Shown in pieces: positions 1-9,637 of a stretch of 64,000 bases of DNA. This stretch comes from an uncultured delta proteobacterium. Its GTDB lineage: Bacteria; Desulfobacterota; Binatia; UBA9968. Positions within the stretch are counted from its first letter, which is position 1, and the number at the start of each line of letters is the position of its first letter. A program made the translations under genes and the position numbers. The stretch covers positions 28,206 through 92,205 of the forward strand of contig CAVTUQ010000004.1 of NCBI GenBank assembly GCA_963737905.1, read 5' to 3'. The notes beneath the pieces are model-generated. The model was given only the letters and a program-made list of their open reading frames with translations, made no database searches and was not told where the DNA came from.

Positions 1-863
1 TCCTGCCCGGCACGGGCGTGCTTAGCTTTGGCACCGCCGGCTGTAATCTCGGCTGCCGCTTTTGCCAGAACTGGAGCATCAGCAAAGCAAAGCTTGACGA
101 AGCGCACAGTCTAGGCGCCAGCCCAAAAAAAGTCGTCCAGTTGGCAATTCGAAACCAGGTTCCGAGTATTGCGTTTACTTACAACGACCCGGTGATCTGG
201 GGGGAATTTGTCATTGATATATCCCGTCTCGCCCGCGAACAAGGTCTAAAGAGCGTGATGGTCACGGCGGGTTACATCACTCCCGAGGCAAGACCGGAGG
301 TTTATCGCTACATCGACGCAGCCAACGTCGATCTAAAAGCGTTCACCGATCGCTTCTATCACAAGGTCACATTTTCACATCTCGATCCTGTACTCGATAC
401 CCTCAAGTGGCTGAAAAATGAAACGGACATCTGGTTCGAGATCACCAACCTGATGATACCCAGCGAAAATGATTCCCCGGAGGAAACCCGGAAACTTTGC
501 GACTGGGTACTGACGCATCTGGGGGACAGTGTGCCGCTTCACTTCACCGCGTTTCATCCAGACTTTAAAATGACCGACAAACCGAAAACCCCCGCCGCAA
601 GCCTGAAACGCGCCCGGCAGATCGCGTGTTCCGCGGGTATCAAGTACTGCTACGTGGGCAATGTCTTTGACGATGAGGGGCAAACCACCTATTGCCCCGC
701 TTGTAGCAAAGCGCTGATTCGTCGCTCCTGGCATGACATTCTGGAATACAACCTAGATGGCGACTGTTGTTCCTGCGGACAATCGATCCCCGGTCGGTTC
801 TTAGTCAAAAGCTCGGTGCCCAGGCCACGGAGCGGCAGAAGAGCTTATCCTCTTGGGCTTTAG
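1..863 (+). CDS. radical SAM enzyme, AmmeMemoRadiSam / PflA-activase-like (5' end outside window)
   Basis: Reading frame open from window edge. CNLGCRFCQNW is a CxxxCxxC radical-SAM cluster motif. C-terminal Cys cluster CPACS...CCSCG. Confidence 0.75.
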   Translation, partial: LPGTGVLSFGTAGCNLGCRFCQNWSISKAKLDEAHSLGASPKKVVQLAIRNQVPSIAFTYNDPVIWGEFVIDISRLAREQGLKSVMVTAGYITPEARPEVYRYIDAANVDLKAFTDRFYHKVTFSHLDPVLDTLKWLKNETDIWFEITNLMIPSENDSPEETRKLCDWVLTHLGDSVPLHFTAFHPDFKMTDKPKTPAASLKRARQIACSAGIKYCYVGNVFDDEGQTTYCPACSKALIRRSWHDILEYNLDGDCCSCGQSIPGRFLVKSSVPRPRSGRRAYPLGL

Positions 864-947
864 AGCTTCTTTCCTCTCTCCCTAGCGAAAAAGTCAATTA
901 TGTGTTTTATAAAGGAAATCCTCGATTAATAAATAGCGTCTGCGCTT

Positions 948-3347
948 ATGGCTAAAATCGCAAAACCGCCCACTCAGCCTTATCCCGACCTCACCATTCT
1001 CGAAGATATCAGCACCTTGATCAGCCATTCGCGTGATCTCCAACAGACCCTCAATAGCATCGTGGCTACGGTGGCGGAACGGATGGAAACCGAGGTTTGC
1101 TCCATCTATATTCTCGACCGCCAGAACAAACGGCTCACCCTGCGCGCGACCATGGGACTGGACGAGGAGTCCGTAGGCAAGGTGTCCATGGGCACGGGGG
1201 AGGGCCTAACGGGACTAGTCATTGAGAGAATGAAGCCGGTGATGGTCGTCGATGCCCTAAAGCATCCTCGTTACAAATACTTTCCGGAAACCCACGAAGA
1301 ACGCTTTCACTCCTTTCTTGGCGTTCCGCTCATCGACCAAAAATTACCGCTGGGAGTCCTGGTCGTTCAAACTTCACGGCGACGCGAGTTCTCGCGGGAT
1401 GAAATACGTTTGCTGACTACTATTTCGGCCCAGGTTTCAAGCATTCTTATTCAAGCTCGCCTGGCGGATTCGCTGCGGAGCAAAGAGGAGGAACGTAAGG
1501 AATATCACAAGCGGATGGTGGAAGCGCTGCGCAAGCTGCGCTCTTATGAGGGTAGGCGTCGGGAGAAGACCCCAGGGGCACACCATCGCTGGCGCGGCCG
1601 ACTGAGGGGTCTCTCCGCCTCTCCGGGTTTTGGCCGCGGCCGCGCCTTCGTTCTCAAACCACGTATGCAAATCAGCGCCATTCAGAAGAAAAAAGCGAAA
1701 AATCCCGAGCGCGAGATGGAGCGGTTCCGCGGGGCTGTCGAAAGAGGCATCGAACAGATAAACGTCGTGAAGCATCGAATGAGCGGCCTCATTTCAAAAG
1801 AGGAAGGGGCGATCTTCGACGTGTACCGGCTCATTCTCGAAGATCCCGCAATTATCCAACAAATCGAAGCTCAAATCCGAAAGGAACAAGTGATCGCCGA
1901 ATACGCCATCCGGGTCGTGTTCGAGCAATACCTCCAGTCGATTGCGCAAATCGATGATGCCTATTTGCGCGAACGAACCACGGACGTCAAAGATGCGGCG
2001 CAGAGACTTTTGGAGAACCTCTCGGGCGCAACTACTCAGCACATCGAAATTCCCGAAGATGCTGTCTTGGTGGCAGAGGATCTTTCACCGGCCGATCTCA
2101 GTATGCTTGAAGGGGACCGGTTTCGCGGCATTGTTCTGGCTACGGGCGGCGTCACCACTCACGCGTCGATTCTGGCGAAATCCTTTGAAATTCCTACTGT
2201 AGTGGCCGTAGAGAATTTGCTGGAATCGGTTCATCAGGGAGATGCCCTCGTTGTCGATGGTAACGCCGGTGTGGTCTACGTCAACCCCAGCCAGGAAATC
2301 ACCCGTGAATATGATCGGCTGGTGCGTGATTATGCCGACCTTAATCGCGAGCTGGAGGAACTGAAGGATGAACCCGCGGAAACTATAGACGGCCACCGGG
2401 TCTCGCTCTATGCCAATATCGGTCTCTTAAGCGATATTGCTTTTGCGCATATGCACGGAGCCCAAGGGGTGGGCTTGTATCGCACGGAGATTGCGTTTCT
2501 GGCGCACCGAGATTTTCCCAGCGAAGAGGAGCAATACTCCCTGTATAAGCGAGTGGTCGAGGGAATGGCAGGAAAACCGGTGACCATCCGGACCCTGGAT
2601 ATCGGCGCTGATAAATATCCCTCTTACATACGAAGCCCGAGCGTCGAGCCCAATCCGTTTCTAGGATGGCGCTCTATTCGTATATCGCTTGAGGTTGAAG
2701 AGGTCTTCAAAACCCAGCTAAGAGCGATCCTCAGGGTGGGTGACCTCGGCCGGGTTAGAATGCTCATACCCATGGTATCGAGCTTGGAGGAGATATTCAA
2801 AATCAAAGAACTGGTGGCGGAAGCCAAGGAAGAACTTCGTCACGAAGGTACGCCCTTCGACCGGCAGATGGAGCTCGGGATTATGGTGGAAGTCCCTTCT
2901 GCGGTGCAGCTCGCTGATCGCTTTCTCCGGGAGGTGGACTTCCTGAGTATTGGTACGAATGACCTGATTCAATACATACTGGCCGTCGATCGGAGCAACC
3001 GGCGAGTTGCTGACCTGTACGAGCCACTGCATCCCGCCGTGCTGTCCGCTTTGCAGACGACAATCGAAGCGGGCAAAAAGGAAGGGAAGCGAGTTGGAAT
3101 GTGCGGCGAAATGTCGGGTGACCCGCTTTCTGCCCTACTGCTATTGGGAATGGGACTCGAGGAGTTCAGTATGGGCTCCCTATACGTCCCCGTGATCAAG
3201 AAAACCATTCGGTCTGTCACCTATCAAGCGGCGAAATCGGCTGCACAAATAGTTCTTGAGATGGATACGGTGGGGGAGATCAAGAAGTATCTTTTCGAAC
3301 AAATGCGCGAGTTGGGCATGGTGGAGCTGTTAGAGATGTACCATTGA
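948..3347 (+). CDS. ptsP: phosphoenolpyruvate-protein phosphotransferase with N-terminal GAF domain (EI-Ntr)
   Basis: 799 aa. GAF-like N-terminus, then enzyme I core motifs LSASPGFGRGRAF, GGVTTHASILAKSFEIPTV, GVGLYRTEIAF, LSIGTNDLIQY, GMCGEMSGDP. Confidence 0.88.
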   Translation: MAKIAKPPTQPYPDLTILEDISTLISHSRDLQQTLNSIVATVAERMETEVCSIYILDRQNKRLTLRATMGLDEESVGKVSMGTGEGLTGLVIERMKPVMVVDALKHPRYKYFPETHEERFHSFLGVPLIDQKLPLGVLVVQTSRRREFSRDEIRLLTTISAQVSSILIQARLADSLRSKEEERKEYHKRMVEALRKLRSYEGRRREKTPGAHHRWRGRLRGLSASPGFGRGRAFVLKPRMQISAIQKKKAKNPEREMERFRGAVERGIEQINVVKHRMSGLISKEEGAIFDVYRLILEDPAIIQQIEAQIRKEQVIAEYAIRVVFEQYLQSIAQIDDAYLRERTTDVKDAAQRLLENLSGATTQHIEIPEDAVLVAEDLSPADLSMLEGDRFRGIVLATGGVTTHASILAKSFEIPTVVAVENLLESVHQGDALVVDGNAGVVYVNPSQEITREYDRLVRDYADLNRELEELKDEPAETIDGHRVSLYANIGLLSDIAFAHMHGAQGVGLYRTEIAFLAHRDFPSEEEQYSLYKRVVEGMAGKPVTIRTLDIGADKYPSYIRSPSVEPNPFLGWRSIRISLEVEEVFKTQLRAILRVGDLGRVRMLIPMVSSLEEIFKIKELVAEAKEELRHEGTPFDRQMELGIMVEVPSAVQLADRFLREVDFLSIGTNDLIQYILAVDRSNRRVADLYEPLHPAVLSALQTTIEAGKKEGKRVGMCGEMSGDPLSALLLLGMGLEEFSMGSLYVPVIKKTIRSVTYQAAKSAAQIVLEMDTVGEIKKYLFEQMRELGMVELLEMYH

Positions 3348-3420
3348 CGTCACGATCGGGATACCGACGCTTGTCTTCGGTCGAGGTTTGATTTCGTAAT
3401 CAGAATAGGGTATAAAATAA

Positions 3421-3438
3421 TTCGAACGATCGTTCGAA
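3421..3438. promoter_or_regulatory. perfect 18-bp palindrome TTCGAACGATCGTTCGAA, candidate operator
   Basis: Read directly. Lies between a TATAAA-like box and the RBS, 25 bp upstream of the ATG at 3463. Confidence 0.4.
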
Positions 3439-3462
3439 CACCACCTCCTGAAGGGATTCGTT

Positions 3463-4569
3463 ATGGGTAAAATCTCTACTTTTGATGATTGGATTGATAA
3501 CTTTCGGCAATGGCAAAAAGATATCGGCTACGATCCGGAACTGCTGGGTGACTACACGTTCGAAACCAAGCTGGGCGAGTTGCACAGCCCGGAAATTGAG
3601 TTCGGAGATTTCAAGGGACAGCGCAAATGGGAGCGTATTGGCCAAATCCCGAATCAGTCGATCCGCGATGCTCTGATGAATCTAATCGTCTATCAGGGGG
3701 ACACCGAGTTCGCATCGGTGGAACAACAAAAAAACTTGCTAGATACCGCGCCCACGGAATACGATCGCCAGGCGCTTACCCGGGTGAACAGTGAGGAGAT
3801 GCGCCACGGGTGGCAAATGTGCTACTTGTTGGTTAATTATTTTGGTGACTCGGGAAAACTTGAGGCGAGAAAGCTCCTGGAACGGAGAGCATTCAGAGGG
3901 GACCGGCTTCTAGGTTCTTTCAACGCACCGGTCAATAACTGGCTGGACTTTTTTACGTATACGGAATTTGTTGACCGCGATGGCAAATATCAGTTAACCA
4001 TGCTGAGCCATTCCGCCTTTGCCCCCTTGGCCGAAAGCGTCACCGCGATGCTGAAGGAAGAATTCTTCCACATGTTTACCGGCCACACCGGCTTAACGCG
4101 AATTTTGAGAGCCGGAAAAATTCCTCTTCCCATCGTGCAAAAATATTTCAATAAATGGCTGTCAACGGCTTACGATCTATTCGGTACGGATCATTCGTCG
4201 TCAGCGAACTGGTCCTATGTTTGGGGATTGAAAGGAAGATTTGATGAGCATGAGGCCAAAGTTGCTGCGGACAAGAACAAATTGAATGATCTGGCCCGCG
4301 ATCACTATCTTACCGAATGCGCTAAGCTTATCGATCAGCTCAACCAACTGGTTCCGGAAGGACAACCCAGGCTCTACGCTCCGCACCTGTATTTTAACCG
4401 TTCCATCGGCGAGCATGTCGGTAAGACTTACAGTGTCACGGGTGAACTATTATCATCCGAAGCCTACAAGAAGCATCTAGCGGAAGTTCTTCCGACCCCT
4501 GAGGATGAGAGAATATTGAGCGAAATTATCAATGGGAAAGACTGGGTTACGCAGATACAAATGAATTAG
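3463..4569 (+). CDS. ferritin-like diiron oxygenase, BoxB/PaaA-family-like
   Basis: 368 aa. Two ExxH diiron motifs (NSEEMRHGWQM, LKEEFFHMFTG). The stretch QGDTEFASVEQQ...DRDGKYQL parallels benzoyl-CoA epoxidase BoxB as recalled. Shorter than BoxB at the N-terminus. Confidence 0.65.
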   Translation: MGKISTFDDWIDNFRQWQKDIGYDPELLGDYTFETKLGELHSPEIEFGDFKGQRKWERIGQIPNQSIRDALMNLIVYQGDTEFASVEQQKNLLDTAPTEYDRQALTRVNSEEMRHGWQMCYLLVNYFGDSGKLEARKLLERRAFRGDRLLGSFNAPVNNWLDFFTYTEFVDRDGKYQLTMLSHSAFAPLAESVTAMLKEEFFHMFTGHTGLTRILRAGKIPLPIVQKYFNKWLSTAYDLFGTDHSSSANWSYVWGLKGRFDEHEAKVAADKNKLNDLARDHYLTECAKLIDQLNQLVPEGQPRLYAPHLYFNRSIGEHVGKTYSVTGELLSSEAYKKHLAEVLPTPEDERILSEIINGKDWVTQIQMN

Positions 4570-4606
4570 GCACCCAGATAATTCCGTCAGCTACGAGGAG
4601 AGGTTT

Positions 4607-4930
4607 GTGAAAACGCTTTGTCTCGTCTGTCAAAACGTGGATTGCAAAAATAGAGGCTCGGAGCAACTCATGGCCGAACTTCAGAAGCGAGTTGAAGCTA
4701 AAGGGCTCGCCGATGTCGAAGTAAAACCCTACATGTGTTTCGGGGCCTGCCAGGAGGGACCCAACATCGTCCTCTATCCTGAAAAAAACTGGTATGCCGG
4801 GGTGAAAGTCGATGACCTTGACGAGATCACGGATCGTCTTGCCGGCGGCCCTCACGTCCAACGCTTGGACACCATCGATTCCTCGTTGAAAGAACTCATC
4901 TATCAACTTCTTGACACAGGGGTGTTTTAA
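4607..4930 (+). CDS. thioredoxin-like [2Fe-2S] ferredoxin (NuoE-like)
   Basis: 107 aa, GTG start after GAGGAGAGG. Cys pattern C-x4-C-x30-C-x3-C (CQNVDC...CFGAC) typical of Trx-like 2Fe-2S ferredoxins. Confidence 0.7.
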   Translation: MKTLCLVCQNVDCKNRGSEQLMAELQKRVEAKGLADVEVKPYMCFGACQEGPNIVLYPEKNWYAGVKVDDLDEITDRLAGGPHVQRLDTIDSSLKELIYQLLDTGVF

Positions 4931-4933
4931 GTC

Positions 4934-6196
4934 ATGGAGGGTATTCTTTTCCCTCACGCTGTGGTCGAGGGACGAGAAGGATTAAAGGAGTATCAGGCAC
5001 GCGGCGGATACGCCGGCGTTGCTAAAGCGATCCAGTCCACCCCCGAGGATATCATCAAAGAAGTCGCCGACGCCGGTCTTCGAGGTCGCGGCGGCGCAGG
5101 GTTTCCCACCGGGAAAAAATGGTCCTTCACGCGCGAATGCCCTGAACAACCACGGTACCTAGTTTTAAATGGCGGGGAGGATGAGCCCGGTAGCAAAAAG
5201 GATCGGATGCTCATGGAGCATCTCCCTCACCTCGTGATTGAAGGTGTGATTCTTAGCGCCTATGCGATCGGGGCATCCAAAGCTTACCTTTACATTAACG
5301 CGAATTACGAAGCGGCGATAAATAGCATCAATGATGCGTTGACCGAGGCCAAAGCCGCCGGCTACTGGGGTGACAACGTGCTGGGAAGTAATTTTACTCT
5401 GGACATCGAGCTCAAACCGGCACCCCACAACTACGTTGCCGGTGAAGATACCGCAGCCCTCGAGGTAATCGAAGGCAAAAAAGCTTGGCCGCGCCAGAAG
5501 CCTCCGTTTCCGGTTACGGTCGGGCTCTTCGGCAAACCCACGGCGGTCAACAACGTGGAGACTCTTGCCAATGTGCCGCCGATCATTTTGCATGGGGCCG
5601 AGTGGTACCGCAAATTTGGCACTCCCGAAAGCCCAGGCACGATGATCTTTTCGCTGAATGATGACGTCAATCGTCCGGGGGTTTACGAGCTCCCCTTCGG
5701 CACGCCGCTCAGGTATTTGATCGAAGAATGTGGCGGTGGAATGAAGGGCGGCAAAAAGATCAAAGCCATCATGCCTGCGGCGCCGTCTTCGGCTTTCCTC
5801 CCGGCAGACAAGATGGACACACCGTTGGATCACAACTCGATGCGGGAAGCGGGTTCGGGACTCGGTTGCGGTGTCGTGCGCTTGATTGACGAAGAAACCT
5901 GTATCGTAGAAGAAGTGTTAAAGATCTCCGAATTCTTCACCGTCGAATCCTGCGGCCAATGCCCCGCCTGCCGGATGGAAACCAACACCCTTACGTCATT
6001 GCTCAAGAAAGTTCAGCAGGGACAAGGCGGCCAACCGATACTCGAGCAATTCGGAAAAATCCTCGCTTTTAACAAAGGTAAAGGCTTCTGCAATCTCATC
6101 GCCATGCCCGGTCCACCCATTGAAAGCGCCCTCAAACTTTTTCCCGAAGATTTCGAGGCCCACCTCGCTACCGGCAAATGCCCCGCGGCTAATTAA
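4934..6196 (+). CDS. NuoF-like NADH-binding FMN / [4Fe-4S] flavoprotein
   Basis: 420 aa. GLRGRGGAGFPTGKKW (NADH/FMN site) and ESCGQCPACRMET (4Fe-4S) motifs of complex I 51-kDa subunit homologues. Confidence 0.82.
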   Translation: MEGILFPHAVVEGREGLKEYQARGGYAGVAKAIQSTPEDIIKEVADAGLRGRGGAGFPTGKKWSFTRECPEQPRYLVLNGGEDEPGSKKDRMLMEHLPHLVIEGVILSAYAIGASKAYLYINANYEAAINSINDALTEAKAAGYWGDNVLGSNFTLDIELKPAPHNYVAGEDTAALEVIEGKKAWPRQKPPFPVTVGLFGKPTAVNNVETLANVPPIILHGAEWYRKFGTPESPGTMIFSLNDDVNRPGVYELPFGTPLRYLIEECGGGMKGGKKIKAIMPAAPSSAFLPADKMDTPLDHNSMREAGSGLGCGVVRLIDEETCIVEEVLKISEFFTVESCGQCPACRMETNTLTSLLKKVQQGQGGQPILEQFGKILAFNKGKGFCNLIAMPGPPIESALKLFPEDFEAHLATGKCPAAN

Positions 6197-6394
6197 AGCA
6201 GACGCAGGGTCATGCTTTCGTTTCATTTTTCAGTCCGCTCAGGCTGCAATGGCATCTCCATCAACGATTCGTTCGTTTGACGGTTTTGATGGGCGCTTGA
6301 TAGTATCCGCCTTGTTCAAATCGAGGCGCATAACAGGAACTTCGAGTTCTTTCGCTCGCTCTTCGGCGCGGCGAAGAATTGAAAGGAGCCAATC

Positions 6395-7225
6395 ATGAGA
6401 CTCGCACCGATCCACTGGCCCCACGATGCAAAAATTGCTGTCAGCTTCTTCGTAGCCTTTGAAGCTTTTGAAAAATATTCGCAGTACCGCCAAGGCGGCG
6501 ACAAACCGGATTATGCGTCTCTCGCCTACGGCGAATACGGAGGCAAGGCGGGTATCTGGCGCATCATGGACGTGCTAAACCGCAACGGCGTTAAAGGCAC
6601 TATCGATACCAACGGCCGTATCGCCGAAGACTTTCCTGATGCGTTGAAAGAACTCCATGCCGCGAGTCATGAAATCGTTGGCCACGGTTGGGTCAATGAC
6701 ACAGCTCTGTCCTCGCTCGATGCCGTTAAAGAAAGAACTTTGATCAAACGAACATTGGACGCCATCGCATCGGTCACCGGCAAACGTCCCGTGGGTTGGG
6801 TCAGCCCCGGGCATAGAGTCAACGAATATACATTCGGCAACTTCGTCGACGAAGGAATATTCTGGACTGGAGATCTGCCAGGACCTGACATTCCACAGCA
6901 CCGCATTGTCAATGGCAAACCCTTGATCATCATGCCGCGGCTCGATTACGCCAATGATCTATCGCTCATCTTTAACGCGAAAAATCCCGCCCGGGTTTAT
7001 TTTGACAGCTTCAAAGCAGCCTTTGATTGTCTCTACGCGGAGGGCCAGGCGGGCGCGCCGAAGCTCATCGATTGTCTCGTGCACGCGCATATCGGCGGCA
7101 GACCCAACATTATAGGGGTGTTCGAAGAATGCGTCCGCTATGCCAAGGGTTTTCCCGAGGTATGGTTCGCGACCAAAGGGGAAATCGCCAAATATTACCT
7201 CGACACTTACGTCACTAAATCGTAA
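6395..7225 (+). CDS. polysaccharide deacetylase / PuuE-like family hydrolase
   Basis: 276 aa. N-terminal WPxxAKIAVSF pattern and HEIVGHGW motif typical of the deacetylase fold. Distant paralogue at 14685-15533. Confidence 0.65.
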   Translation: MRLAPIHWPHDAKIAVSFFVAFEAFEKYSQYRQGGDKPDYASLAYGEYGGKAGIWRIMDVLNRNGVKGTIDTNGRIAEDFPDALKELHAASHEIVGHGWVNDTALSSLDAVKERTLIKRTLDAIASVTGKRPVGWVSPGHRVNEYTFGNFVDEGIFWTGDLPGPDIPQHRIVNGKPLIIMPRLDYANDLSLIFNAKNPARVYFDSFKAAFDCLYAEGQAGAPKLIDCLVHAHIGGRPNIIGVFEECVRYAKGFPEVWFATKGEIAKYYLDTYVTKS

Positions 7226-7239
7226 CCGGAGGAACTGAG

Positions 7240-8421
7240 ATGGCATCGGGTGGAAAAGACGAAAAATATCTCGAGGGACTGAAATCTGGCGAGCTTCTCT
7301 TGAAACTCACCTGGGACGAATGGCTCACGTTGAGCGCACCGTTTGAGAACGTAGACTTTTCAGTCGAAGACGTCACGGCGCGCTACAACAGAAACGGTTA
7401 CGATTGGGATATGCATGGCACGCTCTATACCCCCGCGAAAGAAGTTAACTCCCAGCGTGCCTTCGTATGTTTCCACGGCGGAGCGGGCAGCGAAAAGATC
7501 ATGGACCTCACGCCGGACGGCAGACCCGGTTTGGCCCGGGTTCTAGCTTCCCAAGGCTTCAAAGCTCTAGCTCTCACTTACCCGGGTCACTATCCTCCCG
7601 GAGGCGTTTGGAAAAACCCTATCCCGGAACGCATGCCGGTTTATCTCATGGACCACGAACTCCCTATCGAAGAGATCAAAGATCGAAATTTGAAGTGCAC
7701 GTTCAACACCATTCTCCAGGGGGCGGGACTATTGACGGATCAACATCTGAGCGGCCGGGAAATCCTGGGATTTGGCCATTCCACGGGCGGACCTATGGCA
7801 GCCCATCTGACGCGCTTTTCGAAAAAGACAAAAGTCATCGGACTGGTTGGATTTGGCAGCGGCGGTCCAGATGGCTGGCGACTCGAGTGGAGAAACAAGA
7901 CTGGCGCGGAAAAATATGTGGAAAAGCCGGTCGATCATGTGTCGCGACGGTCGCCTGATTCTTTTCGTGAGTCGGGCTACGTCGATCCACCGGACCTTAC
8001 GCCCTGGGGAGGTGCCGACGATTACTTTCGACTCATCAGCCCGCTGCGCTCCCAGATGAAAACCAGCCTGTGCGACAACCAGCACAACGCAGCCGTGGGA
8101 ATTCTCGAAGAATATCCCAAGCGCACGGGCCTCCCGCGGGAAGAATACTTCGATCACCTGGAAGAGCCGGATCCGAATTGGCTCAAAACCATCAGAGTTC
8201 TTCTCACCGCCGGCGAGAATGACAAAGGCCACTGGGTCAGAGGCGATCGTCTGCAAGATAAGCGGGAAATGTTCATGGGCGCAAAGTACGCGGCTGCCAC
8301 TCGCGGAGCGCACGTCGTGCTAATACCCCGTTACGGGCATGTGGGTTATGCCGAGCTTCACAACGAGAAGATCGCTTACCTGTGGCTCTGGGCGGTTAAA
8401 TCAGGTTATTTCGATAGCTAA
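7240..8421 (+). CDS. alpha/beta-fold hydrolase (putative)
   Basis: 393 aa. FHGGAGS oxyanion-like motif and GFGHSTGG nucleophile elbow (GxSxG). Confidence 0.55.
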   Translation: MASGGKDEKYLEGLKSGELLLKLTWDEWLTLSAPFENVDFSVEDVTARYNRNGYDWDMHGTLYTPAKEVNSQRAFVCFHGGAGSEKIMDLTPDGRPGLARVLASQGFKALALTYPGHYPPGGVWKNPIPERMPVYLMDHELPIEEIKDRNLKCTFNTILQGAGLLTDQHLSGREILGFGHSTGGPMAAHLTRFSKKTKVIGLVGFGSGGPDGWRLEWRNKTGAEKYVEKPVDHVSRRSPDSFRESGYVDPPDLTPWGGADDYFRLISPLRSQMKTSLCDNQHNAAVGILEEYPKRTGLPREEYFDHLEEPDPNWLKTIRVLLTAGENDKGHWVRGDRLQDKREMFMGAKYAAATRGAHVVLIPRYGHVGYAELHNEKIAYLWLWAVKSGYFDS

Positions 8422-8495
8422 CCTAACAATCACGCACAGGAGGACATCACGGTCTCTGACTTTAATAAATGGCTTTTCACAAAGGAGAGATAAGA

Positions 8496-9584
8496 ATGCA
8501 TACAAAAATAATTGCCAGTTCTGCGTCTCCATTTGCACTCATAGCCGCAATCCTCTTATCGACCGTCGCGGCATCCTATGGCGCTCAGAGCAAACCCTTA
8601 TCCGTGGCCGATCTCGCCTTTTACCAAGGCGCCGATCGCGAGAAAATCCTCCTGGAAGGCGCTAAAAAAGAAGGGCAAGTGACTTTCTACACGTCAAACA
8701 CTTGGGTCGCCGGTCCAGTGTCCCAGGAGTTCGAGAAAAAGTACCCTTTCGTTAAAGCCAATGTATGGCGCAGCGATTCCAAATCATTGCTGAAACGGCT
8801 AACGGAAGAGGTGGCGGCCGGGCGGTTTATTGGCGATGTCGTTGAAAGCAGTCCTGAGTATATGGAGATCCTTATGAGGAGCAACATCCTCCAAGAGTAT
8901 TTGTCCCCGGAACTGAGTGCCTACGACGACGATGCAAAAATCAAAGGGAAGAGGGGCGTCTATGCGTGGACCAACCGAGAGATCTATATCAGCCTGGGGT
9001 TTAACACCAAGATCATAGCTCCCGCGGAAGCGCCAAAAACCATCAAGGATTATCTCGACCCTAAATGGAAAGGAAAAATGTCCATCGCCGGGACCACCAC
9101 GGGGACCCAGTGGGTCGGAGCTCTCATGGAGTCCATGGGTCGCGAGTTTCTGGAAAAACTAAGCGCGCAAGAAATCAATGTTCAGAATATGTCCGGCGCG
9201 GCTTTGTCCGGGCTGGTTGCCTCCGGCGAAGTCCCTTTGTCGCCCACCATCTTCAATTCCAACATCTTCACCCATAAAGAAAAAGGTGCCCCGGTCGAAT
9301 GGAGACCGCTGGATCCTGTTATAGCGGGAGTGGGCACTTCAGGCATGGTCCTCAATGCACCCCATCCTCACGCTGCCCTGCTTTTTCTTGATTACCTCCA
9401 TTCCAAACTCGGGCAGCAGGTCGCCATGAAGGGCGGCCTCAGTTCGGCGCGCAATGACATCGGTTCTCTGGAACAGAAGTTCAAGAAGGTCTACATCGAA
9501 AGCCAATACACGCCAGAGGAATTCGAGAAGAAAATCGAGGAATGGGAAAGCTTGATGCGCAAGCTTTTCATTCGGAAACGCTAG
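8496..9584 (+). CDS. ABC transporter periplasmic solute-binding protein (family 1, iron/polyamine-like)
   Basis: ATG at 8496 follows AAAGGAGAG. Signal peptide MHTKIIASSASPFALIAAILLSTVAASYG. Strongly similar paralogue at 13487-14562. Confidence 0.75.
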   Translation: MHTKIIASSASPFALIAAILLSTVAASYGAQSKPLSVADLAFYQGADREKILLEGAKKEGQVTFYTSNTWVAGPVSQEFEKKYPFVKANVWRSDSKSLLKRLTEEVAAGRFIGDVVESSPEYMEILMRSNILQEYLSPELSAYDDDAKIKGKRGVYAWTNREIYISLGFNTKIIAPAEAPKTIKDYLDPKWKGKMSIAGTTTGTQWVGALMESMGREFLEKLSAQEINVQNMSGAALSGLVASGEVPLSPTIFNSNIFTHKEKGAPVEWRPLDPVIAGVGTSGMVLNAPHPHAALLFLDYLHSKLGQQVAMKGGLSSARNDIGSLEQKFKKVYIESQYTPEEFEKKIEEWESLMRKLFIRKR

Positions 9585-9637
9585 TTCAGCCGGAATATAT
9601 TTCAGCTTACCGACTCATGACAATGAGAGAGCATTGA

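Noticed and set aside
5165-5833. 222-aa minus-strand ORF inside the NuoF-like gene, and many similar 60-200-aa antisense ORFs across the window
   Set aside because: They overlap genes with strong family motifs on the other strand. Arg/Pro/Gly-rich translations are typical of out-of-frame GC-rich sequence.
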